DNA of 63,968 bases, counting the filler, from Craspedostauros australis (lineage: Eukaryota): assembly GCA_030167865.1 (NCBI GenBank). It is 14 parts of 14 records of this genome, joined end to end, with 100 filler letters (N's around TTAATTAATTAA, not from the genome) between each part and the next. Parts side by side here need not be neighbours in the genome. Positions count along the whole stretch, not along the records: positions 61,410 to 62,855 come from JALAGF010001955.1; positions 62,956 to 63,968 come from JALAGF010001971.1; 12 more parts are not named here. One strand, 5' to 3'. Position 1 is the first letter of the stretch. Each line of letters opens with the position of its first letter. A program made the translations under genes and the position numbers. This document shows, in pieces, positions 61,410 through 63,968 of the stretch. The notes below the pieces were generated by a model that saw only the letters and a program-made list of their open reading frames with translations, had not been told where the DNA came from and did no database searches.

Positions 61410-62855
61410 CCTCGATTCACACCAGAGGATCTCATCGGCAAGACCTTCCTGTACGACCGCGACGGACAGAGAGTCAAGGCCGAAGTCATCCAATGCGTCA
61501 ACGATGCAGATGCTGCGAACCACCAGCGAATCAAGATGTTGCTCGCCTTCGACGATGGAGCCACCAACGAACTCATCTCCTACATCCAGCTGTCCGACAT
61601 CATCGAACAGCAGCTCGAACGCAACGAAGACAACGAAGACGGAGTATGGGGATTCCAAGGCATCATCGGCCACGAAGGGCCTCTCACTCCGAACGCCAAG
61701 ACCTACAAGGGGTCCCGATACAATGTCATTGTACAATGGGATGACGGATCAACAACATCCGAACCACTCTCCACCATGTTGCAAGATGATCCTGTATCAT
61801 GTGCGGCATACGGCCAGAAGAACGGATTGCTCGATCAGCCTGGATGGAAACAGCTGAAGAAGCTCTCTGACCGACAGGCTCAAATGGAGCGCAAGACCTC
61901 CATCAACAAGGCCAAGAAACACACCAACGCACCCATCTACCAGTTCGGTGTTCAGGTACCACGAAATCACCTAGAAGCCGTGCGCCTCGACAAACGCAAC
62001 GGCAACACGCTCTGGACGGATGCAGAATGTACCGAGATGGAACAGCTCTTCGGATATGAGACATTCCGATCGCTCGGCAAGACCAAGACCATTCCAGACG
62101 GATACCAACAGATCCGGCTGCAATGGGTCTATGCCGTCAAGCACGACCTCCGACACCGAGCACGATGTGTGGCAGGAGGCCACCTGACGGATCCATGCAA
62201 GGACTCCTCCTACGCCAGAGTTGTCAGCTTGCAGTCACTCCGAATCGCCCTACTCGCTGGCGAACTGAACGGACTCAAGACCATGGTCGGCGATATCGGC
62301 AACGCCTACCTGGAGGCATACACGAAGGAGAAGATCTGCTTCGTAGCCGGCGACGAGTTTGGGGAGCACGCAGGCCACATGCTCACGATTGTCAAGGCAC
62401 TCTACGGCCTCCGGACATCCGGAGCTCGCTTCCATGAAGCGCTGGCAGATACCCTCCGAGATATGGGCTTCCAGCAGTGCAGGTCTGACCCTGATGTATG
62501 GATGCGTGATGCAGGTCCGCACTGGGAATACGTTTGCGTATACGTGGACGATCTCATGGCGGTCATGTCTGACCCACGCTCCTTCTTNNNNNNNNNNNNN
62601 NNNNNNNNNNNNNNNNNNNNNNNNNNNNNNNNNNNNNNNNNNNNNNNNNNNNNNNNNNNNNNNGGAAGAGACAGCGACGGCACAATGAAAATCAGCGCGC
62701 GTTCCTACATCAAACGCATGCTCACGAACTACGAACAGATGTTCGACAGACCACCCAACAAGACCAGCTGTCCCATGGACAAGGACGACAGTCCTGAGCT
62801 CGATACGACACCCGAGCTCGGGGAGATCGATCGAACCAAGTACATGTCGTTGATC
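61410..62855 (+). mobile_element. Ty1/Copia (CoDi-type) pol fragment: post-integrase region and RT
   Basis: YQFGVQVPRNH.EA..LD, VKHDLRHRARCVAGGH, DIGNAYLEA, KALYGLRTSGARF, YVDD. Confidence 0.93.
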
Positions 62856-62956
62856 NNNNNNNNNNNNNNNNNNNNNNNNNNNNNNNNNNNNNNNNNNNNT
62901 TAATTAATTAANNNNNNNNNNNNNNNNNNNNNNNNNNNNNNNNNNNNNNNNNNNNG

Positions 62957-63968
62957 GATGCTAACCCCTCCCCCAGTAAGAAACCCCGTTCTGCTCGCCT
63001 TGCATCTGCTCCTCCTGCCGACTCCAAGGGAAACTTGCTGCCTACTGTCGAGCAACTGTTGCCTGACAAGCCGTCCGCTGCGTTGAGGAAGCCGATCACC
63101 ATCACGCGAGTGATCGATGTGAAGCCGATGCATGCAGCGGATGGCATCCTCGTCCCGAACGGTACGCATGCGCACGCTCGCGAGCTGCATGTGTTCGTCC
63201 ACATCCTTGACAAGGGAGGCGTCTTCGACGACTCCCACGTCGAGGTGCGTTCGGAGGGACGAGGTGTCGGCGATGGGACTTCGGTGAGCGTTATCGTGAA
63301 CGCGCCACCCCTGCCTGCCGCAGCTGACATTGCACCACCTGTCAAGCCAACTCCACCAGTGAGGCTTCCCCGGCGCTGCAACACTGTAGTTGCCGGGGGG
63401 TACGCAGATACCTCAAACGACAGTGACAGCACGTATGTTGACGAAAAGGAGGAACAGACACGCGCCGGCAGGGGCAGGAAGGGTGGGAAATTCAGGCATG
63501 ATCCAGAGGAGGAGAGCTGGAGGCGTGATGCTATCATTCGTGTGATGGCGGTGCTTGGGTCTAAGCTAGATCCAAAACTGTTGCGGCTCATGCCAAACAA
63601 AGGGTTCNTTCTCACAGGCAGGCACGATCGGACNATCTGGAGCAACATCAAACAGATGTGGAGTGTCCTATCGTCTGCACTTTGGACTGTCCTGCTCCCA
63701 GAGGAGGACGTGCCAACTCGTCAGATGGAACAGGTGGTTGCATACGTGCGCGGGAACGTGGAGCTTCCTCCTGCAATGTTGGCGCCCAATCTGTACACCC
63801 TGGGTTTGCTCGGAGAAACTACGTCGTCTGTCACGGTGAGAGCTGCCTTGGCCATGTCCGCGCCCCACACACTGTGTACTGCTGTCTTGGGCAAGCAGGC
63901 ACATGGACTATCGGAGGAACAGAAGGCGCGCATGCTTCCCAAACGCGACACGATCACACGCAGTCAGA
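62957..63968 (+). CDS. Partial ORF open across the whole final contig segment (about 337 aa), function unknown
   Basis: Manual translation from 62957 (DANPSPSKKPR...KRDTITRSQ) has no stop. It is absent from the ORF track, probably because it runs off the window. Confidence 0.6.

Noticed and set aside
12139..62955. TTAATTAATTAA as a biological repeat, ORFs ending in X...LIN, and gene neighbourhoods across linkers
   Set aside because: These are assembly spacers. Even gag (60038) and pol (61410) cannot be assumed to belong to one element.

Overview
Eukaryotic nuclear DNA, most likely a diatom (ASAFAP-like plastid presequence, diatom-type HSF, CoDi-like Copia, GT-AG introns). The window is not one locus. 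It is 14 assembly pieces joined by 13 artificial N-TTAATTAATTAA-N linkers, so no neighbourhood across a linker is meaningful. Host genes: a GPX-fold protein, a secreted repeat protein, TPR, PPR, HSF and several unknown proteins. Transposon content is heavy: Copia and Gypsy fragments, a decayed mariner, Harbinger/PHIS-like DDE transposases with a candidate accessory gene, and two related MITE-like elements. The best find is a complete 664-bp miniature LTR retroelement (TRIM) at 15476-16139. It has two 207-bp LTRs with TA...TA ends, a 5-bp TSD (TGATT) and a short PPT, and each LTR carries a tRNA-derived Pol III cassette. Its PBS matches the anticodon arm of tRNA-Asn (half-tRNA priming). The same 14-nt PBS follows the LTR of a gag-encoding Copia at 59538, a candidate helper lineage. 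All calls are by eye; no database search was run.
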